DNA from: Methanobacteriota archaeon
Lineage (GTDB): Archaea; Halobacteriota; Bog-38; Methanoflorentales; Methanoflorentaceae
Length of the DNA stretch: 64,000 bases
Direction: 5' to 3'
Assembly (NCBI GenBank): GCA_963720465.1
Contig: OY970393.1
Coordinates: 192,001 to 256,000, forward strand
Of the stretch, positions 10,013-19,628 are shown in pieces. The stretch's first letter is position 1; each line of letters starts with the position of its first letter. Both the position numbers and the translations under genes were made by a program. Below the pieces are notes generated by a model, which had not been told where the DNA came from, ran no database searches, and saw only the letters and a list, made by a program, of their open reading frames with translations.

Positions 10013-10174
10013 GGAACCAATAGTAATAGCAGTGCTGCTAGTTTAATGTTTTTGTAAACGAAATCAACTGCGGAACGCTTGTGCACGGTCAGCGCTTGCT
10101 GGGCGTCGTTTCACCAATGCATAAAATAGTTATATAAGGGTAGAGCACTCAGGGACTTCGAAGGAAGTGAGCCC

Positions 10175-11104
10175 ATTAGCGGATACAAAAGCTCGTGGAC
10201 CATTTTGCATACGTACCTCGGCTTAAAACAAACGGAGACCGTGCTTATCGTCACCGACACGCTGAGGATTAGGATTGCCAAATCGTTGTATGATACCGCG
10301 CGCGAAATGGACTGCGACGCTATAATGATGACGATGCCGCCGCGTTCCCGCCACGGAGAAGAGCCCCCCCGAGCAGTGGCAGAAGCGATGCGAAGCGTTG
10401 ACGTTGTTATCGCCCCTACGACGATGTCACTGACGCACACGAGCGCGCGAAAGCAGGCAAATGATGCCGGTGTGCGAACCGCGAGCATGCCCGGCGTCAC
10501 TGAGCGAATGATGATTGAAGGCGGTTTAACCGCGAATCCGCGGGAGGTGGTGGAACATACCCACCACCTAGCTGAAACGTTCAAAGGCGCGTCCGAGATC
10601 CGACTTATGTCAGATCTCGGAACCGACATCTCGTTTGAAGTCGACACGTCCAAATGGAACCTCGACGTGGGGTGCTGTCATCAGCAAGGTTGCAGCACAA
10701 ACTTGCCGGCAGGGGAAGTCTATACGGCTCCCGAAAACTGTAAAGGCACCGTCGTGATCGATGGCTCCATGGCCGGTCTCGAACTTTTGAAACATCCGAT
10801 AAAGATTCAAGTCGAAGAAGGTCGCGCCGTTGACGTCCAAGGCGACCGTGCGAAGGAAGTCCTCAAGATCATCAACCCACTTGGAGACGAAGCACGAAAT
10901 ATCGCAGAACTCGGAATCGGGACAAATCCCCGCGCGCGCATAATCGGGGTTGTTTTGGAAGATGAGAAGGTGCGAGGCACTGCGCATATCGCTTTAGGCG
11001 ACAACAGTACGATTGGAGGTCACGTCGTCGCAGGAGTGCACCTCGATGCGATAATTCGCAAACCGCGAGTTTTTGCTGACGGGCACGAGATTGATCTGGT
11101 GTAA
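10175..11104 (+). CDS. Aminopeptidase, M29/leucyl aminopeptidase T-like
   Basis: HGEEPP, SLTHT.AR, NLPAGEVY.AP, IAELGIGTNP, LEDEKV.GTAHIALGDN, HLD; first canonical start is TTG 10205, likely true start ATT 10175. Confidence 0.88.
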   Translation: MSGYKSSWTILHTYLGLKQTETVLIVTDTLRIRIAKSLYDTAREMDCDAIMMTMPPRSRHGEEPPRAVAEAMRSVDVVIAPTTMSLTHTSARKQANDAGVRTASMPGVTERMMIEGGLTANPREVVEHTHHLAETFKGASEIRLMSDLGTDISFEVDTSKWNLDVGCCHQQGCSTNLPAGEVYTAPENCKGTVVIDGSMAGLELLKHPIKIQVEEGRAVDVQGDRAKEVLKIINPLGDEARNIAELGIGTNPRARIIGVVLEDEKVRGTAHIALGDNSTIGGHVVAGVHLDAIIRKPRVFADGHEIDLV

Positions 11105-11269
11105 CTCAACAGATCGTCGTGGAACGGTCAAAAGTGCTGATAGCCTCCGCTGCTGCATCTGAAGCAAGGTTTCAGTCGTTTTCAAAAAATAGGCCTGATG
11201 CGCAGCATCTCACCGTTGAAAGTTGATCAGTGCAGCGCTAAAAGGTTTCAAGGCCTCGTAACAAAAGTG

Positions 11270-11689
11270 CTACATGGTTGCTAGCTCTGATCCTTTTTGC
11301 TGGCACGATTCGAGATCGGCTTTGGTCGGTTTGCCCTTCACTCTGATTGGCGGCGTGAGAACAGTCGCGCCTTTTGAGCGGAAAAAGTCTATGGTTTGGT
11401 CGATCGCGTCACCGAGTTCCTCGCACGAACCTAACACGAAAGCGGTCTTGCCGCTAAAATCGAAATTATCATAATTCTTCATGAAATAACGCACGTTCGA
11501 GGGCGGTTTTTGATGGTAGGTAGGAGTGGCGACAACGACCACGTCTGCGTTCTTGACGTCGAAAGGCTTGATTTGCCGTATGTTTCTGATCACTGTCTCG
11601 GCTCCTGCTTCTCGTGCTCCGCGCTCCAATGCATATGCCATCGTTCGCGTGTTGCCATGGTAACTCTCGTATCCTATGACAATTTTCAT
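11270..11689 (-). CDS. Flavodoxin family protein
   Basis: YESYHGNT phosphate loop, ATPTY, GKTAFVLGS. Confidence 0.85.
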   Translation of the reverse strand: MKIVIGYESYHGNTRTMAYALERGAREAGAETVIRNIRQIKPFDVKNADVVVVATPTYHQKPPSNVRYFMKNYDNFDFSGKTAFVLGSCEELGDAIDQTIDFFRSKGATVLTPPIRVKGKPTKADLESCQQKGSELATM

Positions 11690-11838
11690 GGTTTTTACTA
11701 TCTTTTTATCAACATAAACCTTTCAGCACAGAACGAGATCGGTTGTTCTAGCTTTTTTTGACTTCAGAGACGACGCTGTGTCACGCGGCAAACGATATAT
11801 ACGCGCAACCAAAATTAAGTCAGAACGAGGCACAAAAA

Positions 11839-12357
11839 ATGGAGAGCGAAGGCTCTAGAAAGGAATTAGGAACACGAACTGGCGAGGCCTTAGTTGGCGA
11901 AATGCCGGAACTTGCACACATAGACATCGCCATCGGTCAAAAAGGAGGCGCTTTTGAGACGGCTTTCCTCACCGGTCTCGCGACGCCGCGAATGGGTCAT
12001 ACTGCGTTGTTGGCAATATTGGCTCCCAACTATGCCGTCAAGCCGACCACGCTTATGGTAAACAAGGTCTCGATTAAGGGTGAAGCACAAGCTGAGCTTA
12101 TGTTCGGGCCCGTCCAAGCCGCGATAGCAAAAGCAGTCCTCGACAGTGTTCAAGAAAACATTATTCCGGCCTTTATGGCAAATGAGCTGATGATAATCGC
12201 TTCAGTCTATATTCACGGCAGCGCCAAAGATAAGAAAAAACTATATGACTATAACTACCAGGCGACAAAAAGTGCAATCAGCAACGCAATGAAGGATTCG
12301 CCGACAATAGACGAACTATTGTCGAAGAAGGACACAATCGTGCATCCCTTGATGTAG
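11839..12357 (+). CDS. fae: Formaldehyde-activating enzyme (stand-alone Fae)
   Basis: GEALVG, AHID..IG.KGG, GHT.LLA.L.PN..VKP.TL.VNKV, MFGP.QAA.AKAV.DSV, YNYQATK; start ATG 11839. Confidence 0.9.
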   Translation: MESEGSRKELGTRTGEALVGEMPELAHIDIAIGQKGGAFETAFLTGLATPRMGHTALLAILAPNYAVKPTTLMVNKVSIKGEAQAELMFGPVQAAIAKAVLDSVQENIIPAFMANELMIIASVYIHGSAKDKKKLYDYNYQATKSAISNAMKDSPTIDELLSKKDTIVHPLM

Positions 12358-12374
12358 GAAACGGCTAGCACCTT

Positions 12375-12716
12375 TTACGGAAACAGCGTGATACCTTCCT
12401 TTTCAATTAACGCTTGGTACGCTGGCTCTATCTCTTCTTCCCACTTTAGGACGACGTGCAATTCGCGCTGAGGCTCAAGATCGGTTATTATTCGATAAAC
12501 CTCAGCGTAAAACTGAGGATGATCGAAATCACTGGAAAAAAGCATCGCTATGTCGATGTCATAAACTTCTGGAAAAACACCTTTGGCAACTGAACCGTAG
12601 AGAACGATCCTTTTGAGACTTGTTGGCGCCCATGCTTGCACTGCGCTCACAAAACTACTGATCAGATCTCGATCAGGCGCCGGTATATCTAGAAAGTTAA
12701 ACTTGTGTTCACCCAT
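12375..12716 (-). CDS. Minimal nucleotidyltransferase (MNT) domain protein
   Basis: IVLYGSVAKG...DIDI motif, C-terminal IEKEGITL; start ATG 12716. Confidence 0.8.
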   Translation of the reverse strand: MGEHKFNFLDIPAPDRDLISSFVSAVQAWAPTSLKRIVLYGSVAKGVFPEVYDIDIAMLFSSDFDHPQFYAEVYRIITDLEPQRELHVVLKWEEEIEPAYQALIEKEGITLFP

Positions 12717-13060
12717 TTCTAGCCCTCGAAGGTTGCACGTGGCTATTGCTGCGTCCTTTGCGTGCTCAGCGAGCAACTAATATGACTTCGCGTTAATTCA
12801 GCTTGTCCTTTTTTGTATTCTTCTCACGCGCGATTATGGATTGCGGCGGCCTCACCAGGTTCAAAGAAGTTTCTCAGGATACCGACGTAAATATGTGATG
12901 GATCTGGGAGATTACTAAGAGAGACGCGCATCGCCTGAAAAAAAAATAGCGGAGCCCTCACTTTGTTAATTCAGGATCTCGAACGCGCCGGAGCTGGTAA
13001 ATGTGAGTTGGCGGCTCAGTATGGTTCGCTCGCTCCTCGGCTTTAGCACGAGACGCAATC

Positions 13061-13372
13061 TTAGTTGTTCGGCAATCGATCGGTCTTGGATATGGGCGTC
13101 TCCTCGCATATTTTCGACGTGGATGAATCCAACGGTATTGCTAACAACAAAGGCTTCGGCGTGTTAGGGGCTTTCGAACGTTTGGCAAATTCTGTTGCCT
13201 TAAAGGTCAACACAGGCAAGGAGCTGTCTTCGCAGCCAACAATGCTTATTTGCGCAACGTTGTCGCTTACACGTTTTTCCTGCCAGTGGAAGATAACAAT
13301 GTTATCATTGATATCTGCTTGAGCATCTCGTGCTGTCATGGCAGCCATCAGAAAAGGCTCTTTCGAGAGCAA
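13061..13372 (-). CDS. Hypothetical protein
   Basis: Co-oriented ORF just downstream of the TPR gene; no recognisable motif. Confidence 0.25.
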   Translation of the reverse strand: MLSKEPFLMAAMTARDAQADINDNIVIFHWQEKRVSDNVAQISIVGCEDSSLPVLTFKATEFAKRSKAPNTPKPLLLAIPLDSSTSKICEETPISKTDRLPNN

Positions 13373-13413
13373 AGCAATGAAAGGCGGAGATAGGCCTGTC
13401 GTTAACTGACTGA

Positions 13414-14037
13414 TTAGGGACGTTTCGGCATTCTTTCGCGCCTTTCGACCGCCATATCTTTGAGCAAAAAGGCGTCGTAATTTTTTGTGTCGACGGCCAG
13501 AGTTTGGTCAAAACACTCGATAGCTAAATCAAGCTCGCCTAGACCAAGGTAAAAACACCCAAGGTTATTCCAGGCCATAGTGTAGACGGGATCAATGTCT
13601 ATGGCTTTTTTCAGGTCTTCAATCCCTTCGCTATCAAGACCGAGGTTGAATTCGGACAAAGCCCGCGCGTTAAGCGCTTCCTTGTTCGTCGGCGTAAGTC
13701 GTACAATCCCATCTAACAGATTTTTAGCCTCTTGGAAGTTTCTGTTGCTATTTAGTGATATCGCTTTATTGAGCTTCACGTGGGATGCATTTGGCTGGAT
13801 CTCAAGCGCTCTGTCATAGCACTCGATTGATTTTCCGAACTTGCTAAGAGCGAACAATGCCAATCCTTTGTTGTGCAGTGCTCGGAAATTGTTGGGCGCT
13901 CGCTCAAGCACTGCGTCATAGTGATTGACCGCGTCGCCGAACTGCCCGTGCTTGAACTTCTCATCTGCCTGGTCGATGAGGTCAGTGATGTCTTTATTAC
14001 GCAGCAGTTTACTTTTTTTTGTCTGACGTCTAAACAT
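13414..14037 (-). CDS. Tetratricopeptide repeat protein
   Basis: About 5 TPR units (ALHNKGLAL..L.K...SIECYDRALEI.P; AWNNLG..Y..LG....AIECFD). Confidence 0.9.
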   Translation of the reverse strand: MFRRQTKKSKLLRNKDITDLIDQADEKFKHGQFGDAVNHYDAVLERAPNNFRALHNKGLALFALSKFGKSIECYDRALEIQPNASHVKLNKAISLNSNRNFQEAKNLLDGIVRLTPTNKEALNARALSEFNLGLDSEGIEDLKKAIDIDPVYTMAWNNLGCFYLGLGELDLAIECFDQTLAVDTKNYDAFLLKDMAVERRERMPKRP

Positions 14038-14255
14038 CGAACCTCGCGGCCATCGAACGCAGCAGCGTCACTCAACATCATCTTCTGCTGCAGGTAATAT
14101 ATAAGGGACGCCGGTAGGCGCACCCTTTAAATACTTCACGATGCTCTAAAATATGTGTTTGCGCTGCCAATTGGCACCTCGATGGAGCAAGCGAACGTGC
14201 CTCAAAAGACCTAGTAGCTGCATCGAGCGACCTGTGAGGAGAGATTCACACGAAC

Positions 14256-16592
14256 TTGGGATGGTTTAGAGAAAAGCACGCGGAAAGGGCCGTGATGCTT
14301 CTTGTTATCTTCATCGTTGCTCTCTATTTGCGGATTATACTTCCGTGGGCGAGTTCCATCCAAGGTGGCAGCATTATCATCAACGATTTTGATCCGTACT
14401 ATCACCTCCGGATAATCGAGAACACGATACAGCATTTTCCTTATGTGCTTGCCTATGATCCTTACGTCAACTATCCCACCGGATTTTGGATCGGCTGGCC
14501 ACCACTCTACGATTTTCTCGCTGCAGCATACACGCTGGTGGCGATGGCGCTGTTTCACGTCGGCTGGCAAGTTGGCGTCGCGACGTTCCCTGCGCTCTTA
14601 GGGGCTCTCGCGATCTTGCCCATATATTACATAACAAAGCTTATCTTTGACTGGAAGGCGGGCATCGTCGCGGCCGCACTTCTTACGGTCATCCCAGCGA
14701 ATATCCAGGATTCGATGGTAGGCAATATCAATCACCACGTCGCTGTGGAAGTGCTTTTTCCGGCGCTTTTGTTCCTGTTCTTGATGCTTGCGTTGAGGGG
14801 TGAGTTGACGTTTGGGAAGGTTCGGCATTTTTCCTTCACTGGTGGAGACAAGCGGACCTTGCTCTACGGAGCGCTCGCTGGCGTTTTTGTAACCGCCTGT
14901 TTGCTGACGTGGCTCGGCTCGTTCTTCTTCCTCGGCATTATCGGGGGGTATGCTATTGTCCAGTATAGTTTAAACCACGTGAAGCGGGTTTCATCCGACA
15001 ATCTCACGATTGTCTTGTTAACTATGCTTTTCATATCGCTGATTACGATCCTTCCTGTGAGTCTCACGACCCATTTCGGACGGACAATAGATACCCTGCA
15101 CCTCTCTCTGTTCCAGCCGCTGTTTTTGCTGGCACTAATAGTCATTTTTACGATATTTGGATTCCTCGCGTATTACATGCGAGGCATGCGGCGGGCAGTT
15201 TACCCACTGACGATCTGCGCGCTCGTAGTCGCTGCGAGCATTGGCCTCTATGTGTGGAACCCGAGCCTCACTGTAACGGTGTTCAGTGGGTATGGCTTCT
15301 TCACGCAAACAGGGGTCTTGCAGACCGTAGCCGAGGCGCAACCGCTATTCTTCGTGGGAGGAAGCTTCACGCTCGCTGCGGCCGCTAGCTACTTCCAGCT
15401 TTTGCTATTCGTGGGTCTCGCCGGTCTCGTGGTGCTCGTATATCGCGCGTTGAAGAAACAGGACGCGGCGGCCGTATTGCTGGCCGTTTGGAGCGTCTTT
15501 GCCTTTGTACTTGGCAGTATCCAGGTACAATTTGCGTTTCTGATGTCTGCCAACGTCGCGATCCTTTCTGGGTTCGTGATAGTGTGGATTATGGACGCGC
15601 TTATTGGCAAATCCTATAGCAAGTTGTCGGGCGTACGCGATGCTGCGGCGGTTCCTCAGCTCTTCGGGCGTGAAGTGAAATACACGCAACTTCTCGGAGT
15701 CCTCATTGTCGTGGCCGTTTTGCTCCTGCCAAGTATTAGTGCGACCACGACGACTGCGAAGAGCGTCTCCGCTATACCAAGCGACTGGGCGGAAGCGCTT
15801 CAGTGGCTGAATGCTAACACGCCAGCAACTTCGAACTATAATGTGACGTCGAACCAGATACCGCAATATGGGGTGCTTAGCTGGTGGGATTACGGGAACT
15901 GGATCATTTTCTTAGGCCATAGGCCAGCCATCGCGAACAACTTCCAAACGGGAGTCAACGACTCCGCGACTTTTTTCGTGAGCCAGAATGAATCAGGCAC
16001 CTTAGGCATCATCCAGAAAGACCACGTCAAGTATGTGATGACCGATTACGAAATGGCGGACTACACCGACAAGTTCCCCGCGATTGCGCTTTTATCGGGA
16101 CAAGGGGTCGATACGTTCCTCACAACGCAGGAGCAGTTAGACCAAAGTGGCCAACTGACTCAGCAGACCGTGCCAACCGCCGCGTATTATAACACGACGG
16201 TCGTCAGATTGCAATATTACGACGGCAATGGATACAGCCACTATCGTTTGATTTACGAATCGCCAACTACGGTGGGCACGCTCAACGGAACTAATATACA
16301 GTATGTTAAGATCTTTGAATACGTTGAGGGCGCACGGATAGCTGTCAGCGGCAATGGAAACGCTACGCTATCTCTCAACGTCACCACAAATCAAAACCGG
16401 ACGTTCACCTATACGCAGAGTGCTAGAGTGAACGGCACCCATGTGTTTGTGGTTCCCTATGCGACGGTTGGGATGCCGTACGGAATCAAAACTGGCCCTG
16501 CATACAAGGCGACGATCGGCAACGTCACGAAGCAAATCGCAGTGAGTGAGAGCGACGTCCAAAACGGGACCGAACTTACTCTCAGTTTCTAG
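14256..16592 (+). CDS. aglB: Oligosaccharyltransferase AglB/STT3 (divergent active site)
   Basis: DPYYH, many TM helices, TVAE (TIXE), WWDYG, NNFQ, YVKIFEYV.GA. Confidence 0.9.
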   Translation: MGWFREKHAERAVMLLVIFIVALYLRIILPWASSIQGGSIIINDFDPYYHLRIIENTIQHFPYVLAYDPYVNYPTGFWIGWPPLYDFLAAAYTLVAMALFHVGWQVGVATFPALLGALAILPIYYITKLIFDWKAGIVAAALLTVIPANIQDSMVGNINHHVAVEVLFPALLFLFLMLALRGELTFGKVRHFSFTGGDKRTLLYGALAGVFVTACLLTWLGSFFFLGIIGGYAIVQYSLNHVKRVSSDNLTIVLLTMLFISLITILPVSLTTHFGRTIDTLHLSLFQPLFLLALIVIFTIFGFLAYYMRGMRRAVYPLTICALVVAASIGLYVWNPSLTVTVFSGYGFFTQTGVLQTVAEAQPLFFVGGSFTLAAAASYFQLLLFVGLAGLVVLVYRALKKQDAAAVLLAVWSVFAFVLGSIQVQFAFLMSANVAILSGFVIVWIMDALIGKSYSKLSGVRDAAAVPQLFGREVKYTQLLGVLIVVAVLLLPSISATTTTAKSVSAIPSDWAEALQWLNANTPATSNYNVTSNQIPQYGVLSWWDYGNWIIFLGHRPAIANNFQTGVNDSATFFVSQNESGTLGIIQKDHVKYVMTDYEMADYTDKFPAIALLSGQGVDTFLTTQEQLDQSGQLTQQTVPTAAYYNTTVVRLQYYDGNGYSHYRLIYESPTTVGTLNGTNIQYVKIFEYVEGARIAVSGNGNATLSLNVTTNQNRTFTYTQSARVNGTHVFVVPYATVGMPYGIKTGPAYKATIGNVTKQIAVSESDVQNGTELTLSF

Positions 16593-16696
16593 AGAGCTCA
16601 ACTCGGGTGCCGAGCCTTTGCACAGAAGCAGTTCGCGCAGAGTTTGCGCATTTGAGCTGGACGTGGCCCGTTCTTGTTAGCAAGAATTCGATCGGC

Positions 16697-19606
16697 TTAC
16701 TCAACATACCGAATGGCCTCTGCGGGCAGTATTCGCGACACATTTCTTGCAGGGATGGCAGTGCAGATGGCGACGGCTAGATAAATGACTAAAAGAACTA
16801 GGATAACCTGGACGATGGGAATCGTAAACGGCACTTTCACGGTTTCATTCAAGTTAGCGTATATGGCGTAAGAAACGACCAATCCGGCTGAGAGGCCTAC
16901 TGCTGCTGCCAACGTGGTCGCAAAGGTCGCTTCAAACAGTAACGACTTAACGACAAGTCTGCGGTTGAAACCTATGGCGCGCATGATGCCGATCTCTTGG
17001 CGCCGCTCTATAGTGGATCGCACCGTCACGACTCCAACGCTAGCGATGCCAACGATAAGCCCGAGGCCGAGATAGGTCGCCGTGAGCTGAAAGAACTGTT
17101 GGCTCTGCGTCATCATCTGCGAAACCTCGTCGCTAATGAGAAATGCGTTGAGGCCAGCAGCTTTGTAACCTCTCTCGAGGTCGTAGCTAAGATCGATAGG
17201 TTTCATCCCGCTCGCTGATTTTATGAGAAACAGCGTATCGCCCTTTACCTCCGGAAAATAGTGCTGCATTTGTTGCTTGCTCATAAAAATGCCGTGCAGA
17301 TCGTACTCATTGAGGACGCCGGCAACCAAAAAGCGTGCAGTGCCGTTACCCGCTTGAAATGAGATGGTGTCGCCTGCGCTGACTTGGGTGCCGTTGGGGC
17401 CATACGAATAGCTTGAGTCTACGATGACGTAGTGAGGGTTGTTTACCAGATTCCAGACTTCCGACGAGTTGAAGCCAGCAAGCGTGTCCTTGAAGTCGTA
17501 CTGTGCGTGCTCCGAAAAATTCGCATCTACGCCATAAACGTTTGTTTCAGGTCCCTGCTCGTAGAGCGCTTGACCATTTATGCTCGTCCCTGTTGCATTC
17601 GCAACAAAGAGGCCATCGTAGAAGTCTATATCCGACGCGTTCAAGAGCGCCACAGGTTTTGCGGGTGATTCGGACGTGGGTGACTGGACCTCCAGGGTGG
17701 TCAAGTTTGATAATGGCGTGCTTGATGTTGCACGAATGTCGTATCCGCCGGTTTGCTGGCTTATATCTGGTTGATAGACAGCGGCAGTAACTAGCGCTAC
17801 GATCATTAGAAAAATGACGAGAGATAATATCGTAACCGTCGTTCCCAACGTCTCCCTTTTTTGGAGGCAGTACGCCGACGAAGGTCTAATCAGAGCTTGA
17901 CTGGCTTTAAGCCTTGTCAGCGGCTTGGAGAATAGCTTCAATAACGGGGTAGCATTGACGAGAACTATCAGAACCGCTCCTAGCACTAAAAGAAGGCAGC
18001 TCACGGTGAAACTAACCGCTGTGGCGAAATTGCTGAAGCCTGAGGTGCTAAAGATCATGCCTGCGTTGTAGAGTACTAGCGCTGCTCCTGCTACAGTGAG
18101 TACTTGCTGTCGTTTGATGGCTCGTAGGGCGACGAGGGCGAGGCCAAAGATGATAAGCGGGGGTGCGATAACTTGCGCCGCCAGACCTTGAGGTGAAACG
18201 CCGTACGCGACAACCCCGAAAACTAGTAGACCCACACCGAGTGTGGGCGCCCCCCGCGGTAGGCGCGGCGCTTGTTCGGAATTTTCGGCATTTCGTATCG
18301 CGCGGACGATGTTCAACCTGCTGATTCTGTAGGAAGCGAACGCAATCGTTGCGATCGTGACAAGTAGACCTATGAGAAAAGCGGTCAAGAGGTCAGTGAG
18401 ATCATAATGCAGAACAAGAGACGCTCCTCCGGGGGTTCCTGTCGTAGTGGCCGCGTTGAGCGTATTTATAAGACCAGCGCCGATTCCGATCCCCAGTATT
18501 GACCCGATGGCTGCAGCCAGTAGCGCGCAGGTTACCCCTTCAAGAAGAAAGAGGAGTATGACATGCCTGCGTTTCATGCCCAAAGCGCGGGCCAATCCGA
18601 GCTCACTTCTACGCTGTTCAGAAAGCGTCACAAAAACGTTGACAATCAGCATCGCGCTTGTTATGATTGAAAACGCCCCTAGCGCCACGAGTAAGTTTAA
18701 AAACTGGGCACCACGCGCATCTGCAGCGGCCAGCATATCTTGTTTGACGGGGTTGACGTCGAATCGTTGCGACGAACCTGACAGGGCTTGCGTGAGAAGC
18801 GCGGACACATTACCAGATTTTGCCGCTCCTGATTCAGCATCGCCGAGGTTCGAGACCCTAATCTCATTGATTTGACCTTCGTGTTGAAAAACAGCTTGCG
18901 CTGCACTGAGCTGCATAAAGAGATTTTCATTCAACTCGTACTGCGCCTTGCCTTCGTTTTGTGCGATGTACTTGACCGTGAACGTGTAAGCTTTAGCGGA
19001 AGAAGCGCTCTCGCCGTAATAAACAACAAGCCTATCGCCGGTATGTGCATCTAAATCTTGAGCAAGCTTGTCGTTGATTAAGACTTGACTGCCAGTCAAA
19101 TCGCTCGCATTGGTGTATGTGCCGTTCTGTAAAACAAAGTGGCCAAAGGGGGCGTCTAGAGTGAAGTTCAAACCGACGAGCGTGACTCCTGTTGACGTGA
19201 TGCCGCTTGTAACGTCGTCCACAGACGGGACCCCCCCGTAGAGGCTTGGAGAGAGCCCGTCTGTGTTGTTGGTTATCGCTGAATCGGCTGCAACGTGTTG
19301 ATATACTGAGTAGTTGAATGGTTGGCCATTAAGGGCAACGGTTTCATCAACGTTGCCAAGTGCATCGTACGTTGCCTTGACGACAGAATAACCAAGGGAG
19401 CTACTTGCGACGAGCGACCCTGAGATAATTGCTGTGCTCACCAGGAGCGCTCCGACTATAATTGCTGTGCTTTTCGGGCGTCGTATAATGTTTCTTACGC
19501 CCATTGTGAAGATTGACTTGTTTGAAACTACAAGCGCGGCAAAAAGTAACAGTACAGTAGCGGCACAGCCGAGAAGTGCTAGGTACATCGGTAAGTACAT
19601 GTACAT
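16697..19606 (-). CDS. ABC transporter permease, double FtsX/MacB-like domains
   Basis: RNIIRRP, EQRRSELGLARALG and ERRQEIGIMRAIG repeats, PAEAIRY end. Confidence 0.9.
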   Translation of the reverse strand: MYMYLPMYLALLGCAATVLLLFAALVVSNKSIFTMGVRNIIRRPKSTAIIVGALLVSTAIISGSLVASSSLGYSVVKATYDALGNVDETVALNGQPFNYSVYQHVAADSAITNNTDGLSPSLYGGVPSVDDVTSGITSTGVTLVGLNFTLDAPFGHFVLQNGTYTNASDLTGSQVLINDKLAQDLDAHTGDRLVVYYGESASSAKAYTFTVKYIAQNEGKAQYELNENLFMQLSAAQAVFQHEGQINEIRVSNLGDAESGAAKSGNVSALLTQALSGSSQRFDVNPVKQDMLAAADARGAQFLNLLVALGAFSIITSAMLIVNVFVTLSEQRRSELGLARALGMKRRHVILLFLLEGVTCALLAAAIGSILGIGIGAGLINTLNAATTTGTPGGASLVLHYDLTDLLTAFLIGLLVTIATIAFASYRISRLNIVRAIRNAENSEQAPRLPRGAPTLGVGLLVFGVVAYGVSPQGLAAQVIAPPLIIFGLALVALRAIKRQQVLTVAGAALVLYNAGMIFSTSGFSNFATAVSFTVSCLLLVLGAVLIVLVNATPLLKLFSKPLTRLKASQALIRPSSAYCLQKRETLGTTVTILSLVIFLMIVALVTAAVYQPDISQQTGGYDIRATSSTPLSNLTTLEVQSPTSESPAKPVALLNASDIDFYDGLFVANATGTSINGQALYEQGPETNVYGVDANFSEHAQYDFKDTLAGFNSSEVWNLVNNPHYVIVDSSYSYGPNGTQVSAGDTISFQAGNGTARFLVAGVLNEYDLHGIFMSKQQMQHYFPEVKGDTLFLIKSASGMKPIDLSYDLERGYKAAGLNAFLISDEVSQMMTQSQQFFQLTATYLGLGLIVGIASVGVVTVRSTIERRQEIGIMRAIGFNRRLVVKSLLFEATFATTLAAAVGLSAGLVVSYAIYANLNETVKVPFTIPIVQVILVLLVIYLAVAICTAIPARNVSRILPAEAIRYVE

Positions 19607-19628
19607 CCCTCAATCTGTGCTTGGCCAA

